Part shown: positions 37,760 through 47,964 of the stretch, piece by piece | How positions within the stretch are numbered: position 1 is the first letter of the stretch | Layout: every line of letters begins with the position of its first letter | Translations under genes and position numbers: made by a program | The notes under the pieces: generated by a model | The model's input: the letters and a program-made list of their open reading frames with translations, nothing else | Told to the model about the DNA's origin: nothing | Database searches by the model: none | NCBI GenBank assembly: GCA_041665005.1 | Contig: JBAYJR010000009.1 | Location: forward strand, 203 to 64,202 | Length of the DNA: 64,000 nt | Direction of reading: 5' to 3' | Source of the DNA: Candidatus Buchananbacteria bacterium | GTDB taxonomy: Bacteria > Patescibacteriota > Patescibacteriia > 2-01-FULL-39-33 > JBAYJR01

Positions 37760-38908
37760 TTAACTTTTTTTGATTAATGCTTTAGAAACCCATTGATTAA
37801 TACCAATCCGATACCAACCATTTTTTTCTTCAAAAACTCGGACGGCGGTGCCTTTGGCCAGTTTGGTAACAATAGAGTATTTGGTGGCGGGGCCACGGCG
37901 GACATTTAAGTCATTAGTATTAGCTGTGCCGCGCGATAAAATAGTTATCGCTCCCATCATTAGAGGTAGGGTTCTCACTGGTTCTACAAAAAATTGTCCG
38001 GGTAAGTTGTAGCCGCAAGTGGCGCTACCGCCACCGTCGGCTTGTAGTTGATGTTCGGGCGGGATTCCGGCTGCCGTTAGGGCTGCGCTGGCCTCTTGTA
38101 TAGTAGCTTGCTGACTGCAATAGATTAATAGTTCGGAGTTGTTGGCTGAAACACCTAAAAATAATCGTGCGGTAGCCACACTAGTGCCTTCGTTTCTAGT
38201 AACGGTTGGGGCAAAACCTTCCAAGGCTTGATCGCCAGTTTTGGCGTCAATAAAAGTCGCGGAATTAAAATTTTCAATTAGTGCTTGGCCAGTTTGGTTA
38301 TTAATAATTAGCATGCGTCGTTCTTCGGCTAAATCAGCAATTGGTCGACTGCCACTAGTAATTAAAGTGGTAGTGCCGACTAAGGATTTTAGAGCAAAAC
38401 TTAAATCAGTGGTGGGTAAGGTTACATTAAAAAAGGGCGCGCTCCAAATAAATTTAGCGCCCGGAGCAATTTGTTTATTGGTTTCGGCTACGGTCCGCAA
38501 AAAAGCAAAATTATGGAAATCATTAGCGGCGGTAGTAGTGGTGCTGCTAGCCAAGAGTTCACTGGTGGTAGTGTTGGAATTAGTTAAATTGGCAGTTATT
38601 AAATTAGAAATAAAATCAGGACTAGCTAAACCCCAATCAAGAGGAGTGCTAGAAGAAGTGATAAATTCTATTTGATTTTGTGGCAGATAAATTTTAGTTA
38701 AAAAATCTAGTGAACCATTGCCATCGGGGGCTTTAAAAAATGAGGCCACTCCCGGTGCTTTAGCCCAAGTAATTGCAGTATAGCCATCTGGTGTAGTAGG
38801 CCTCCAAGTGGTTTTGGTTGTTGCTGCTGCGGCCAAAGTGGGGTTAGTAAAAATAGAGCTAACGATAAAGGCTAGAATAAATAACGGCGCTAAGGATGAT
38901 TTTTTCAT
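37760..38908 (-). CDS. Secreted protein with phosphodiester-glycosidase-like region and C-terminal SH3b domain
   Basis: Signal peptide, ADGGGS motif, LNVRRGP..GWYRI..QWVS. Confidence 0.75.
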   Translation of the reverse strand: MKKSSLAPLFILAFIVSSIFTNPTLAAAATTKTTWRPTTPDGYTAITWAKAPGVASFFKAPDGNGSLDFLTKIYLPQNQIEFITSSSTPLDWGLASPDFISNLITANLTNSNTTTSELLASSTTTTAANDFHNFAFLRTVAETNKQIAPGAKFIWSAPFFNVTLPTTDLSFALKSLVGTTTLITSGSRPIADLAEERRMLIINNQTGQALIENFNSATFIDAKTGDQALEGFAPTVTRNEGTSVATARLFLGVSANNSELLIYCSQQATIQEASAALTAAGIPPEHQLQADGGGSATCGYNLPGQFFVEPVRTLPLMMGAITILSRGTANTNDLNVRRGPATKYSIVTKLAKGTAVRVFEEKNGWYRIGINQWVSKALIKKS

Positions 38909-39108
38909 AAAATATTTTGGCTAAAAATAAAATTTAATTATCATTATTATAACACAAATTAAAAAATTATTCTGAGGCTAGTATCGTTTATTTTTTTGGT
39001 TTTGACAATAGAGTCAAAAAGTGGGAGAATATAGTTATTATTTTTACGTGTTTGAACAATTAAAAAATAATTTTTAATTAATAAGGTCCGTGGCCAAAAC
39101 ACAACTCG

Positions 39109-39369
39109 ATGTATTATTTGTATCTTTTAAAATGTTCTGATCAAACTTTATATGCCGGTATTACTACTGAGTTAAAAAGACGAATTGATCAGCACAATAA
39201 TTCTAAGCTTGGTGCGAAATATACTGCTTACCGCCGACCAGTTAAGTTGGTTTATAGTAAAAAGTTTCGTAATCGTTCTTTAGCCACCAAAGCGGAGAGT
39301 GAGATGAAAAAGTTATCACGACTGGAAAAATTAAAGTTAATTAGATTAGCTAAGCAAAGAAGGGGGTAG
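39109..39369 (+). CDS. GIY-YIG nuclease (UPF0213-like)
   Basis: YLYLL..LYAGIT..RRIDQHN..GAKYT. Confidence 0.93.
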   Translation: MYYLYLLKCSDQTLYAGITTELKRRIDQHNNSKLGAKYTAYRRPVKLVYSKKFRNRSLATKAESEMKKLSRLEKLKLIRLAKQRRG

Positions 39370-39464
39370 GCCGCTTTTTTTGTTTTTGACAATTAGACTA
39401 AAAACTGGCACAATTAATAGAGTTTAGTCAATTTATAATAAGCCAAATAAGCAATTAATGATTT

Positions 39465-40961
39465 ATGAAAAAAATAACCGAACAAACCGAAACCAAACGG
39501 GAAAAAATAACCAAGCGCGCCGAGGATTATTCTAGGTGGTATCTTGATGTTATTCGCGAAGCTAGTTTATTAGACGACTCACCAGTTAAAGGTTGTATGA
39601 TTATGCGTCCTTATGGTTATGCTATTTGGGAAAAAATTCAAAAAATATTAGATGCTAAGATTAAAGAAACAGGGGCGGAAAATGCTTATTTTCCGTTGCT
39701 TATTCCCAAGAGTTTTTTGGAAAAAGAGGCCGAGCATGTAGCGGGTTTTGCTAAGGAATGCGCGGTGGTTACGCATCATCGATTGGAAGTAAATGCTAAG
39801 GGTAAATTGGTTCCGGCGGGGGAGCTGGAAGAACCACTGGTGATTCGTCCGACTTCGGAAACGATTATGTATCATACTTTTGCTAATTGGATTCAATCTT
39901 ATCGAGATTTACCCTTATTAATCAACCAATGGGCCAATGTGGTTCGGTGGGAAATGCGGACGCGTCCCTTTTTGCGCACTACGGAATTTTTATGGCAAGA
40001 AGGTCATACGGCGCATGCTAGCCAAGCAGAAGCCGAGCAAAAAACTTTACAGATGATCGGCGTCTATCAAAAATTTGCGGAAGAATTTTTGGCTATGCCG
40101 GTAATTTGTGGTAAAAAAACGGAAGCGGAAAAATTTGCGGGTGCGGATTACACCACGAGCATTGAAGCGATGATGCAGGATGGCAAGGCGTTACAGGCTG
40201 GCACCTCGCATATGTTGGGTCAAAATTTTGCCAAAGCTTTTGCTGTTAAATTTTTGGATCAAGCCGGTGAACAAAAATATGTTTGGCAAACTAGCTGGGG
40301 AGTCAGCACGCGCATTATTGGTGCTTTGATTATGATGCATAGTGATGACAATGGTTTGGTGCTACCGCCAAATATTGCCCCTATTTCCGTAGTAATTATT
40401 CCGGTCTGGGTGACTGACGAGGAAAGGATAAACGTTTTTGCCAAAGCTGAAGAAATTTCTCAGGCCTTGCAACAGCAAATCGGTCTGACAGTAAAAATTG
40501 ATACTCGTGAAGGACGCCCGGGGCCCAAGTTTTTTGAATGGGAGAAAAAAGGTGTGCCAGTGCGCATTGAAATCGGACCCAAAGATTTGGCTAATGATTC
40601 AGTAGTGGTGGTGCGTAGGGATACTAGTAAAAAAGAGACGGTTTTAATGGCAGATATTAACGATCATGTTAAAAAATTATTAGACGAAATTCAGACTAAT
40701 CTTTTTCAGAAAGCCTTAGAGTTTCGTAAGGCCCATACTTACAACATCAACACTTGGGAGGAATTTCAAAAAGCGGTTAAAGCCGAAGGTGGTTTTTTGC
40801 TAGCCCCCTGGTGTGGTCAGGCTAAATGCGAAGAAAAAATTAAAGAAGAAACTAAGGCGACGATTCGGTGTTTGGCTTTTGATCAACCCCAAGAAGTTGG
40901 CAAATGTGTTTATTGTGGTGAGAAATCTGAAACTCGGGTGATTTTTGCCAAAGCTTATTAA
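39465..40961 (+). CDS. proS: Proline--tRNA ligase, archaeal/eukaryotic type
   Basis: IRPTSET, EFLWQEGHTAH, QTSWGVSTR, C-terminal FAKAY. Confidence 0.98.
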   Translation: MKKITEQTETKREKITKRAEDYSRWYLDVIREASLLDDSPVKGCMIMRPYGYAIWEKIQKILDAKIKETGAENAYFPLLIPKSFLEKEAEHVAGFAKECAVVTHHRLEVNAKGKLVPAGELEEPLVIRPTSETIMYHTFANWIQSYRDLPLLINQWANVVRWEMRTRPFLRTTEFLWQEGHTAHASQAEAEQKTLQMIGVYQKFAEEFLAMPVICGKKTEAEKFAGADYTTSIEAMMQDGKALQAGTSHMLGQNFAKAFAVKFLDQAGEQKYVWQTSWGVSTRIIGALIMMHSDDNGLVLPPNIAPISVVIIPVWVTDEERINVFAKAEEISQALQQQIGLTVKIDTREGRPGPKFFEWEKKGVPVRIEIGPKDLANDSVVVVRRDTSKKETVLMADINDHVKKLLDEIQTNLFQKALEFRKAHTYNINTWEEFQKAVKAEGGFLLAPWCGQAKCEEKIKEETKATIRCLAFDQPQEVGKCVYCGEKSETRVIFAKAY

Positions 40962-41004
40962 GTTTAGAGTATAAATAAATTTTAGCAGCGTTTAAATTTA
41001 AAGT

Positions 41005-41292
41005 ATGCCCCTTGAAGAATTGCAGGTGGTCAAGAAGCTAAAAACTTTGGTGCAGGTTAGTCTCATGACTAAAAAACAAATAGTAGAGGCAGAAGAAAAA
41101 AACGCCAAAGAGCATCGGTTAACTAATCAACTACAAGAAAAAGCGGACGAAGTTAAAGTTAGCAAGGCCCAGCAGGAATTAAAAGTGGAAACCGAAATAA
41201 CCAATCAGACTTGTTCGGGGATGGCTAGGGTGTTAATAGTCAGCTTAGTACTTAATCTTATTTTTTTTGCAATTTTAGTATTAACTTGGTAG
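41005..41292 (+). CDS. Hypothetical protein with C-terminal TM helix
   Basis: 95-aa ORF followed by hairpin at 41364-41389. Confidence 0.6.
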   Translation: MPLEELQVVKKLKTLVQVSLMTKKQIVEAEEKNAKEHRLTNQLQEKADEVKVSKAQQELKVETEITNQTCSGMARVLIVSLVLNLIFFAILVLTW

Positions 41293-41420
41293 GAGTTTTG
41301 GTTAAAATAAAAAAGGGTTACGTCAGTTAAAAAACTAAATTTGGTGAGGCTAGGGGAAGATTCAAAAATCGCCAAGTCGGCGATTTTTTATTTTTTAAAA
41401 TTATTTATTTTTAATAAAAA

Positions 41421-41450
41421 AAGAGACGTTTTAATTTTTAAACGTCTCTT
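41421..41450 (-). terminator. Terminator of 41464-42300 gene
   Basis: AAGAGACGTTT..AAACGTCTCTT with A run on + strand. Confidence 0.65.
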
Positions 41451-41463
41451 GGAATATTTAGAT

Positions 41464-42300
41464 TTATTTGCCAAGCAGGCCGAGCGAGACAATTAAATCA
41501 TCAAGTTTATTGGCGATGGCTACTTCGCCGTATTTTTTTTGGTGGTCGCCACTTAAACCTTCGTTGAGTTTATAAATTTCCTCAACTTCGACTACAGTTG
41601 GCAAGCCTTTTGATTCGCCTGTTTGAAAAAGTGGAAAATCATATTTCAGTAAAGCGACTTTACCTTGATAATTTTGTAAGAAAATTTCAATCCGTCGGTG
41701 ATTGCTACCACCGCAACAATAATTATCAAAAGCGGTTAGCAGTTCTGGGTGTGGCAATTTTCTTTCAGCTGCTATAATTTTATTGAGATTTTCCACGATT
41801 CTTTTTTTGATCGTGAATCCGGAGTAATCCTGGATCTCAATTTTATACTCTTGGCAAAGTTTTTCCAAGAAAAACAAAATTGCAAATTTTAGCTTTAAAT
41901 CAAAACAGGAATTGTTACAAATGGCAAATCGGTGCCATTCGTGCAGAGGAGTAAAATCCTCTAGTATATTTTTAGTCCCAGGTCTTTCTAAAGTTAATCG
42001 GTTTCTGGAGTTTTTCCAACCGATTAAAATTCGGAAAGGTCTAAGGTCAAAACCACTGTAGCTGGCGCCAGTGGCCAGGTAGGTTTGAGGTAGTTCTGCT
42101 CGGTCGTCATGTATTGACATTAGAAGGCTCATAATAGCCTGCCCAATTTCCTGTTCAATTCTTTTTTGCTGTCTTTTTTCTCGTCTTTTTACTTTTTTGT
42201 TATCCTCTCCCAGAATACTTGTTCTGGAAGAAATTAGCTCCAGGTTAAAGGTTTCGCAACTTTTTACAGGTTGGTTAACGAGTTGGTTGGTTTTAGCCAT
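41464..42300 (-). CDS. Hypothetical protein with canonical promoter and SD
   Basis: 278-aa ORF; AGGAGG; TTGACA-17-TAAGCT at 42333-42361. Confidence 0.75.
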   Translation of the reverse strand: MAKTNQLVNQPVKSCETFNLELISSRTSILGEDNKKVKRREKRQQKRIEQEIGQAIMSLLMSIHDDRAELPQTYLATGASYSGFDLRPFRILIGWKNSRNRLTLERPGTKNILEDFTPLHEWHRFAICNNSCFDLKLKFAILFFLEKLCQEYKIEIQDYSGFTIKKRIVENLNKIIAAERKLPHPELLTAFDNYCCGGSNHRRIEIFLQNYQGKVALLKYDFPLFQTGESKGLPTVVEVEEIYKLNEGLSGDHQKKYGEVAIANKLDDLIVSLGLLGK

Positions 42301-42392
42301 AGCAATGGCCTCCTTTGATTTTTAATAAACTTAGCTTAGTGGATAGGGCGATTTTTGTCAATAGTCTTAAAGCGATAAAATAAAAAAGCGCA

Positions 42393-42524
42393 TTAATGAA
42401 AATGCGCTGGTTCAAAATAACTCATTAGAGTTACAGCAATAACTGATATGCCGATCATCAAGGCAATTGTTTTGCCAAGCATTACGGCCAGATCTTTTAT
42501 TAGATCTGATTTTTTATAGTTCAT
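42393..42524 (-). CDS. 43-aa single-TM small protein (not in ORF track)
   Basis: MNYKKSDLIKDLAVMLGKTIALMIGISVIAVTLMSYFEPAHFH; AGGAGG SD; TTGACA-17-TAAATT. Confidence 0.65.
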   Translation of the reverse strand: MNYKKSDLIKDLAVMLGKTIALMIGISVIAVTLMSYFEPAHFH

Positions 42525-42636
42525 AATTTCCTCCTTTGATTTGATAAAAATTTAGCATAAAACTATATTTTTGTCAAACATTGTTAGTTTGTGATGATTG
42601 TTTAAAACGGTTGAGATCTGATATAATTAAAACATT

Positions 42637-43977
42637 ATGTGCAAGGTTCCCATCAAATATGTGGTTTTTTTGTTAGCGGTATTTTTTTTAATGTCCGCAA
42701 GGATTAATTTTGCGTTGGCCCAAACCAGCGCTTCACAGTTGCTAACAGAACAGCGCACAGAATTAGAACGGCAACTGCAGGCGATTGAACAGGAAATTGT
42801 CCAATATCAACAACAGTTGACAACTACGCAAGCGCAAAAAAACACTTTAAATAATAAAATTAAAGAATTAAAAACTAAACAAACTGGGTTAACTTTACAG
42901 ATCAAGCAGAAAAATTTACAGTTGAAGAAATTAGAGGGGCAATTAACGCAAACCCAGGAGCAACTAGAAAAAAATCAAAAGAAATCTTTAGATTTGCACG
43001 AACAACTGGTCCTGACCACGCGGCAACTTTTTTTATTTGATCAGTACTCCTGGTTGGATATTTTTGTCTCGGTTAAAAGTTTTTCTGAATTTTATAATTA
43101 TTTACACGCCTATGACGTATTAAGCGACAAAGTAACTAAATTGGTGGCGCAACTGCAGGAAGTAACTGGACAGCTAAAAGATCAAAAACAAAATTTATTA
43201 GATCAAAAAGAAGAGCAGCAAAATTATATTTCAATTATTAATTTACAGCAGTCGCAGTTGACCTCTAATTTAAAAGATCAGAATAGCTTGTTGCAACAAA
43301 CTAAAGGCCAAGAAGCTAATTATCAGGCAATTTTGGAACAGACCAAGAAGCGAGCGGCCGAGATTCGTGGTCGGATTTATAGTTTGTTTGGTGTCACCAC
43401 ACAAGTTACTTTCGGTGAGGCAGTGCAGATTGCTAATTGGACTGCTAAACAAACGGGAGTGCGTGCTGCTTTTTTGTTAGCAGTGTTAACGCAAGAATCA
43501 AATTTAGGTAAAAATGTTGGCACTTGCAATCGCGTAGGCGATCCGCCCGAAAAAGGTTGGCAGGTAATTATGAAACCCGAACGCGACCAAAAACCCTTTT
43601 TGCAAATTACGGAAGAATTAGGTTTGGATCCAGATGTTACGCCGGTTTCTTGTCCAATGCGAGATAAAAATGGCAATCAGATTGGCTGGGGTGGAGCGAT
43701 GGGCCCGGCTCAGTTTATTCCCTCTACTTGGTTGGGGTATCGTAGTAAAGTTGCAGCCTTGACTGGTAAAACAGCCAACCCCTGGGATATTCGTGATGCT
43801 TTTGTGGCCGCGGCGATTAAGTTAAAAGCCGATGGAGCGGGTACGGTTAGCGGTGAGTGGGCCGCGGCAATGAAATATTTTTCGGGTTCAACTAATACTG
43901 CTTTTAGATTTTATGGCGATAATGTGGTCGCGGTGGCTAAACAATATCAGCAAGATATTGATGATTTAAATAAATAA
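42637..43977 (+). CDS. Coiled-coil protein with C-terminal lytic transglycosylase domain
   Basis: Signal peptide, long coiled coil, QESNLG, GAMGPAQFIPSTW. Confidence 0.9.
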   Translation: MCKVPIKYVVFLLAVFFLMSARINFALAQTSASQLLTEQRTELERQLQAIEQEIVQYQQQLTTTQAQKNTLNNKIKELKTKQTGLTLQIKQKNLQLKKLEGQLTQTQEQLEKNQKKSLDLHEQLVLTTRQLFLFDQYSWLDIFVSVKSFSEFYNYLHAYDVLSDKVTKLVAQLQEVTGQLKDQKQNLLDQKEEQQNYISIINLQQSQLTSNLKDQNSLLQQTKGQEANYQAILEQTKKRAAEIRGRIYSLFGVTTQVTFGEAVQIANWTAKQTGVRAAFLLAVLTQESNLGKNVGTCNRVGDPPEKGWQVIMKPERDQKPFLQITEELGLDPDVTPVSCPMRDKNGNQIGWGGAMGPAQFIPSTWLGYRSKVAALTGKTANPWDIRDAFVAAAIKLKADGAGTVSGEWAAAMKYFSGSTNTAFRFYGDNVVAVAKQYQQDIDDLNK

Positions 43978-43992
43978 TTTTTGGTCCAAATT

Positions 43993-45195
43993 ATGAATAA
44001 ACGGCGTTTAGTAGTTATCAGTTTAATTATTTTGGGTCTAAGCGGCCTAATTTTTTGTTATCAACAAATTAAAAATAAGCAACTAACTAAAGAAGCCTTT
44101 CCTGAAAAAACTACCTATAGTAAAAACTTAGAAATAACTGCTCAGGCGACTTATGCGGCCTTGATGACTCAGGCTTTAGTAAATAATAATTTAGCTCAAC
44201 AAATTTTTTTAGCCGCTAAGCCAGTTTATGATTTGAGTAAAATTAGGACCGGTAATAATTTTAAATTAGTTTACGAAGTCAAAACTAATGAGTTAAAACA
44301 ATTGGTTTATGCGATTGATACAGAGCAAGAATTATTGGTAACTAGATCAATTAGTACCACCACTCCGGAGTGGTTGGCTAAAATTTTGCCGATTAATTAT
44401 CAGATTAAAATTAAAACCGTCGCGGGCACGATTGATAGTTCGTTATATGAATCGGCGTTAGCGCAAAATTTAGATGAGCGAGCGGTGATTGCTTTTGCTG
44501 ATGCTTTTCAGTGGAGTGTTGATTTTGCTTGGGAAGTAAGGAAAGGTGATACTTATAAATTTATTTATGAAGAGCGCTATCGCGATGGCCAGTATGTAAT
44601 GCCGGGCGAGGTTTTAGCCGGAAAATTTGTTAATGACGGTAAAACTTTGTATGCTTTTTATTATCAAGAGTCCGCTAAGAATTTTGGTTATTTTGATGAA
44701 CAAGGAAAATCCGCGCAAAAGATTTTTTTAAAAGCGCCGTTAGCCTTTAAATATATTTCTTCAGCTTTTACTACGGGGTTGCGTTATGTCTCGGCATTCA
44801 ATGTCTCTACCGGTCATCGCGCGGTGGATTATGCGGCCACTTATGGCACGCCAATTCGGGCGGTTGGCGACGGCACGGTCAGTTTTGCCGGTTGGAACGG
44901 TGCTTATGGTCAGATGGTCAAAATTAGGCATAATGCCACGTATTCAACTAATTACGGTCATATGTCCAAAATGGCTGTGAAGGCCGGTCAGCGGGTCAAA
45001 CAGAGCCAAACCATCGGTTATGTAGGGTCAACCGGCTTTTCTACGGGGCCGCATTTGCATTATGAAATGGTCAAAAATGGCACCAAGATTAATCCGTTAA
45101 AAGAAGTTTTTCCGCCTAGTCAGGGAATTAAGGAAGAAAATAAAGCCGCTTATTTAGATGCTATTGCTAACTTAAAAAGGCAATTAGAACAATAA
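43993..45195 (+). CDS. M23 peptidoglycan endopeptidase (MepM/Csd3-like)
   Basis: HRAVDYAA, YGHMS, STGPHLHYE. Confidence 0.95.
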   Translation: MNKRRLVVISLIILGLSGLIFCYQQIKNKQLTKEAFPEKTTYSKNLEITAQATYAALMTQALVNNNLAQQIFLAAKPVYDLSKIRTGNNFKLVYEVKTNELKQLVYAIDTEQELLVTRSISTTTPEWLAKILPINYQIKIKTVAGTIDSSLYESALAQNLDERAVIAFADAFQWSVDFAWEVRKGDTYKFIYEERYRDGQYVMPGEVLAGKFVNDGKTLYAFYYQESAKNFGYFDEQGKSAQKIFLKAPLAFKYISSAFTTGLRYVSAFNVSTGHRAVDYAATYGTPIRAVGDGTVSFAGWNGAYGQMVKIRHNATYSTNYGHMSKMAVKAGQRVKQSQTIGYVGSTGFSTGPHLHYEMVKNGTKINPLKEVFPPSQGIKEENKAAYLDAIANLKRQLEQ

Positions 45196-45316
45196 AATCG
45201 CCGTTAAAATTTTTAATCATTTGTCATAATTATTTTATTAAATAATCGCCAAAGTGGCGATTTTTTGCTATAGTAACAATTAATTATATGCAGTATTAAT
45301 CACTTAGTTAAAAATT

Positions 45317-45649
45317 ATGAAAAAAATTTTTTTGCTGTTAGGTTTGGTTTTAATTTTAACTGGTTGCACCCCAGTTGCTAAACCAGGCACTCCGGCTACA
45401 GCCGGCAATAGCCAGACCATTTATACTTTTGAACAAGTGCGGGTTGCTAGTAGTAGCAGTAAGTGTTGGACAATTATTCAGGGTAAAGTTTATGATTTGA
45501 CGGGTTTTATTAATCAGCATCCTGGTGGCAGCGAAATGATAGTTAAATTATGTGGCCAAGATGGCACGACGGCGTTTATGGCTAAGCATGGTGGTCAAAC
45601 TAATGCCGAACAGGCCTTAGTCAATTTACAAATAGGAGTATTTAAATGA
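45317..45649 (+). CDS. Cytochrome b5-like heme-binding lipoprotein
   Basis: Lipobox LTGC; CWTII.GKVYDLT.F..HPGG. Confidence 0.92.
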   Translation: MKKIFLLLGLVLILTGCTPVAKPGTPATAGNSQTIYTFEQVRVASSSSKCWTIIQGKVYDLTGFINQHPGGSEMIVKLCGQDGTTAFMAKHGGQTNAEQALVNLQIGVFK

Positions 45650-46956
45650 AAAAATTTTCTGCTTATTTATTGTTAATTTTAAATTTTAGTGCCATTATTT
45701 ATATTTGGCTGGGGCATTCAAATTTTTTACTATTTAAAGCGGGTTGGCCCGGTCAATTGATTGCTTATGGCCGACTGGCGGGTTTGTTGCTAGAATTTTT
45801 TATTTTATTAGAGTTGTTATTAATTTCCCGTTTGACTTTCATTGAACAAATTTTTGGTCACGACCGGCTTAATTTATTACATCGCCGGGTGGGTTACGGC
45901 TTGTTTAGTTTTTTAATATTGCATCCAGTGCTGTTAGTTTTTGGCTACAGCCAGGTCGTAGGAGTAAATTTTGTAGCGCAATTTTTTAATTTCCTTAACC
46001 AGTGGCCGGAAGTCTTTTCCGCTTGGCTGGCGTTGATTATTTTTATAACAGTAATTACTGTCTCTTTGCCGATAATTAAGAAAATAATTAATTATGAAAA
46101 TTGGCATTTAGTCCATTTGTTGGCTTATGTAGCAGTGGCTCTGGCTTTTAGTCACCAGCTTAAAAGTGGAGATGTTAGTTTTGGCGGAGCGCTAGTTTAC
46201 TGGTTGGCCTTAAACGTTTTGGCAGTTGGTGGTTTATTGGTCTATCGTTGGTTAAAACCTATTTATTTGTGGTGGTATCATGGATTTTTTGTGCAAAAAG
46301 TCGTTCAAGAAAATAATGAGGTGGTTTCTGTTTATCTGTCGGGAAAAAATTTAGATAAATTTAAATTTCAGGCGGGACAATTTGCTAATTTTATTTTTTT
46401 AACTAAAAAGTTATACTCGCCACATCCGTTTTCTTTTTCGCAAGGTTTTAATGGTAAAAATTTAAGAATTACGGTTAAAATTTTGGGCGATTTTACCAAG
46501 AATGTGCTACAAATACCATTAGGTACTAAAGTAATTATTGATGGTCCGTTGGGCTTGTTTACGGTTCCAGCACCTAGTGCTAAAAAATTTTTGTTTATTG
46601 CCGGCGGGATTGGGATTACGCCGATTAGGGCTTTGTTGGAGTCTTTAACCAAAACCGGAGCTGACAGTATTTTGTTTTATGGTAATCGTCAATTAAATAC
46701 CCTGGTTTTTAAAGAAGAATTAAGACAGTTTAAACAAAAAAATTATTTTATTATTTCCCACGAACAAATAGCCGAGGGGATAGATTGTCGTCGTGGTTTT
46801 ATTGATCAAGAAAAAATTATTAAATTAGCACCAGATTATTTAGAGCGCGAGGTTTATCTCTGTGGCCCAACCCCAATGATGGTAGTAGTGGTTAAAATTT
46901 TAAAGAAACTGGGCATCGCTAAAACAAAAATTCATTGGGAAAAATTTGGCTATTAA
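45646..46956 (+). CDS. Ferric reductase-like TM domain + FAD/NAD-binding oxidoreductase
   Basis: TM His residues (LHRR, LHP, WHLVH), HPFS, IAGGIGITP, YLCGP, WEKF. Confidence 0.92.
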   Translation: MKKFSAYLLLILNFSAIIYIWLGHSNFLLFKAGWPGQLIAYGRLAGLLLEFFILLELLLISRLTFIEQIFGHDRLNLLHRRVGYGLFSFLILHPVLLVFGYSQVVGVNFVAQFFNFLNQWPEVFSAWLALIIFITVITVSLPIIKKIINYENWHLVHLLAYVAVALAFSHQLKSGDVSFGGALVYWLALNVLAVGGLLVYRWLKPIYLWWYHGFFVQKVVQENNEVVSVYLSGKNLDKFKFQAGQFANFIFLTKKLYSPHPFSFSQGFNGKNLRITVKILGDFTKNVLQIPLGTKVIIDGPLGLFTVPAPSAKKFLFIAGGIGITPIRALLESLTKTGADSILFYGNRQLNTLVFKEELRQFKQKNYFIISHEQIAEGIDCRRGFIDQEKIIKLAPDYLEREVYLCGPTPMMVVVVKILKKLGIAKTKIHWEKFGY

Positions 46957-46971
46957 TTTTTTATAAAATCA

Positions 46972-47541
46972 ATGGAAGACAATGAATTAATTAGACAGTA
47001 TTTGGCCGGCGATGAGGCATCGTTTGATTTGTTAGTGCAAAATAATTTACGCTCGGTTTTTAATTTTGTCTATCGTTATTTAGGTAACCGGCTGGATGCG
47101 GAGGATGTGACGCAGGAAGTTTTTTTGCGGGTTTGGCGTAATTTAAAAAGGTTTTCTTTGGATAAAAAATTTAAAACCTGGGTGCTGACTATTGCTAAAA
47201 ATGCGGCCTTGGATTTTTTAAAAAAGAAAAAATTACCGCTAGCAACCTTTTTAGATGATACTGGTCAAGAAATTTCCGCCGCTGAATTACTTGTTGACCC
47301 CAAGCCTTTGCCAGATCAAATTATGGATCAAGCTGAACGCCAGCAACAGCTGGAAGCATTAATGAAATTCTTAAAACCAATTCAACGGGCGGTGTTAGTC
47401 CTGCATTATCAAGAGGGTTTAACTTTTCAAGAAATTGCCGAACTTTATGCTCAGCCACTTAACACCGTTAAAAGTTATCATTATCGAGCCTTAGTGGTTA
47501 TTAGGGAAAAATTAGCCAGTGAGTGCACCAAAATTAATTAA
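46972..47541 (+). CDS. ECF RNA polymerase sigma factor
   Basis: DAEDVTQEVFLRVW, FKTW, EIAE..NTVKS. Confidence 0.95.
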   Translation: MEDNELIRQYLAGDEASFDLLVQNNLRSVFNFVYRYLGNRLDAEDVTQEVFLRVWRNLKRFSLDKKFKTWVLTIAKNAALDFLKKKKLPLATFLDDTGQEISAAELLVDPKPLPDQIMDQAERQQQLEALMKFLKPIQRAVLVLHYQEGLTFQEIAELYAQPLNTVKSYHYRALVVIREKLASECTKIN

Positions 47542-47558
47542 TTATCGTATATATTAAT

Positions 47559-47954
47559 ATGAACCCTCAAGACTTATTTAAAAATTTAGGCCAAGTTGAG
47601 CCAACTGAGCAGTTGTTGGCTAGTGTTTTATTGACTATTAAACAAAAGAATATCAATTTGGCTAAACGGAAACTGTTGTTCCAAGGCCTGTTGTTGGCTG
47701 TTTCTGGTTTGGCGTTATTTCCGGTTAGCGGATATTTGCTTAACGAAATTAAGCAATCGGGCCTGAGCCAGTATCTGTCTTTATTATTTTCTGATTGGTC
47801 GGTTATTAGAACCTATTGGCAAGTTTTTGTTTTTTCTTTAGCCGAAACTTTGCCGCTGGTTAGTTTAACCGCTACTTTAGCTGTAGTTTTTATTTTTTTT
47901 AATGCTTTACGTCAGGCGGTGGCCGAAGCTAAAATTATTCACTTAATTAATTAA
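47559..47954 (+). CDS. Putative membrane anti-sigma factor
   Basis: Two TM segments, directly after ECF sigma. Confidence 0.6.
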   Translation: MNPQDLFKNLGQVEPTEQLLASVLLTIKQKNINLAKRKLLFQGLLLAVSGLALFPVSGYLLNEIKQSGLSQYLSLLFSDWSVIRTYWQVFVFSLAETLPLVSLTATLAVVFIFFNALRQAVAEAKIIHLIN

Positions 47955-47964
47955 TTTAAAATAT

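Noticed and set aside
38241-38675. 144-aa plus-strand ORF
   Set aside because: Antisense shadow of the Thr/Ala-rich SH3 protein gene.
39109-39369. GIY-YIG ORF as a homing endonuclease or intron
   Set aside because: 86-aa stand-alone UPF0213-type protein, not interrupting any gene.
44780-45100. Locally higher GC in the M23 gene as a recombined segment
   Set aside because: Explained by the Gly/Ala/His-rich catalytic domain; no boundary repeats seen.
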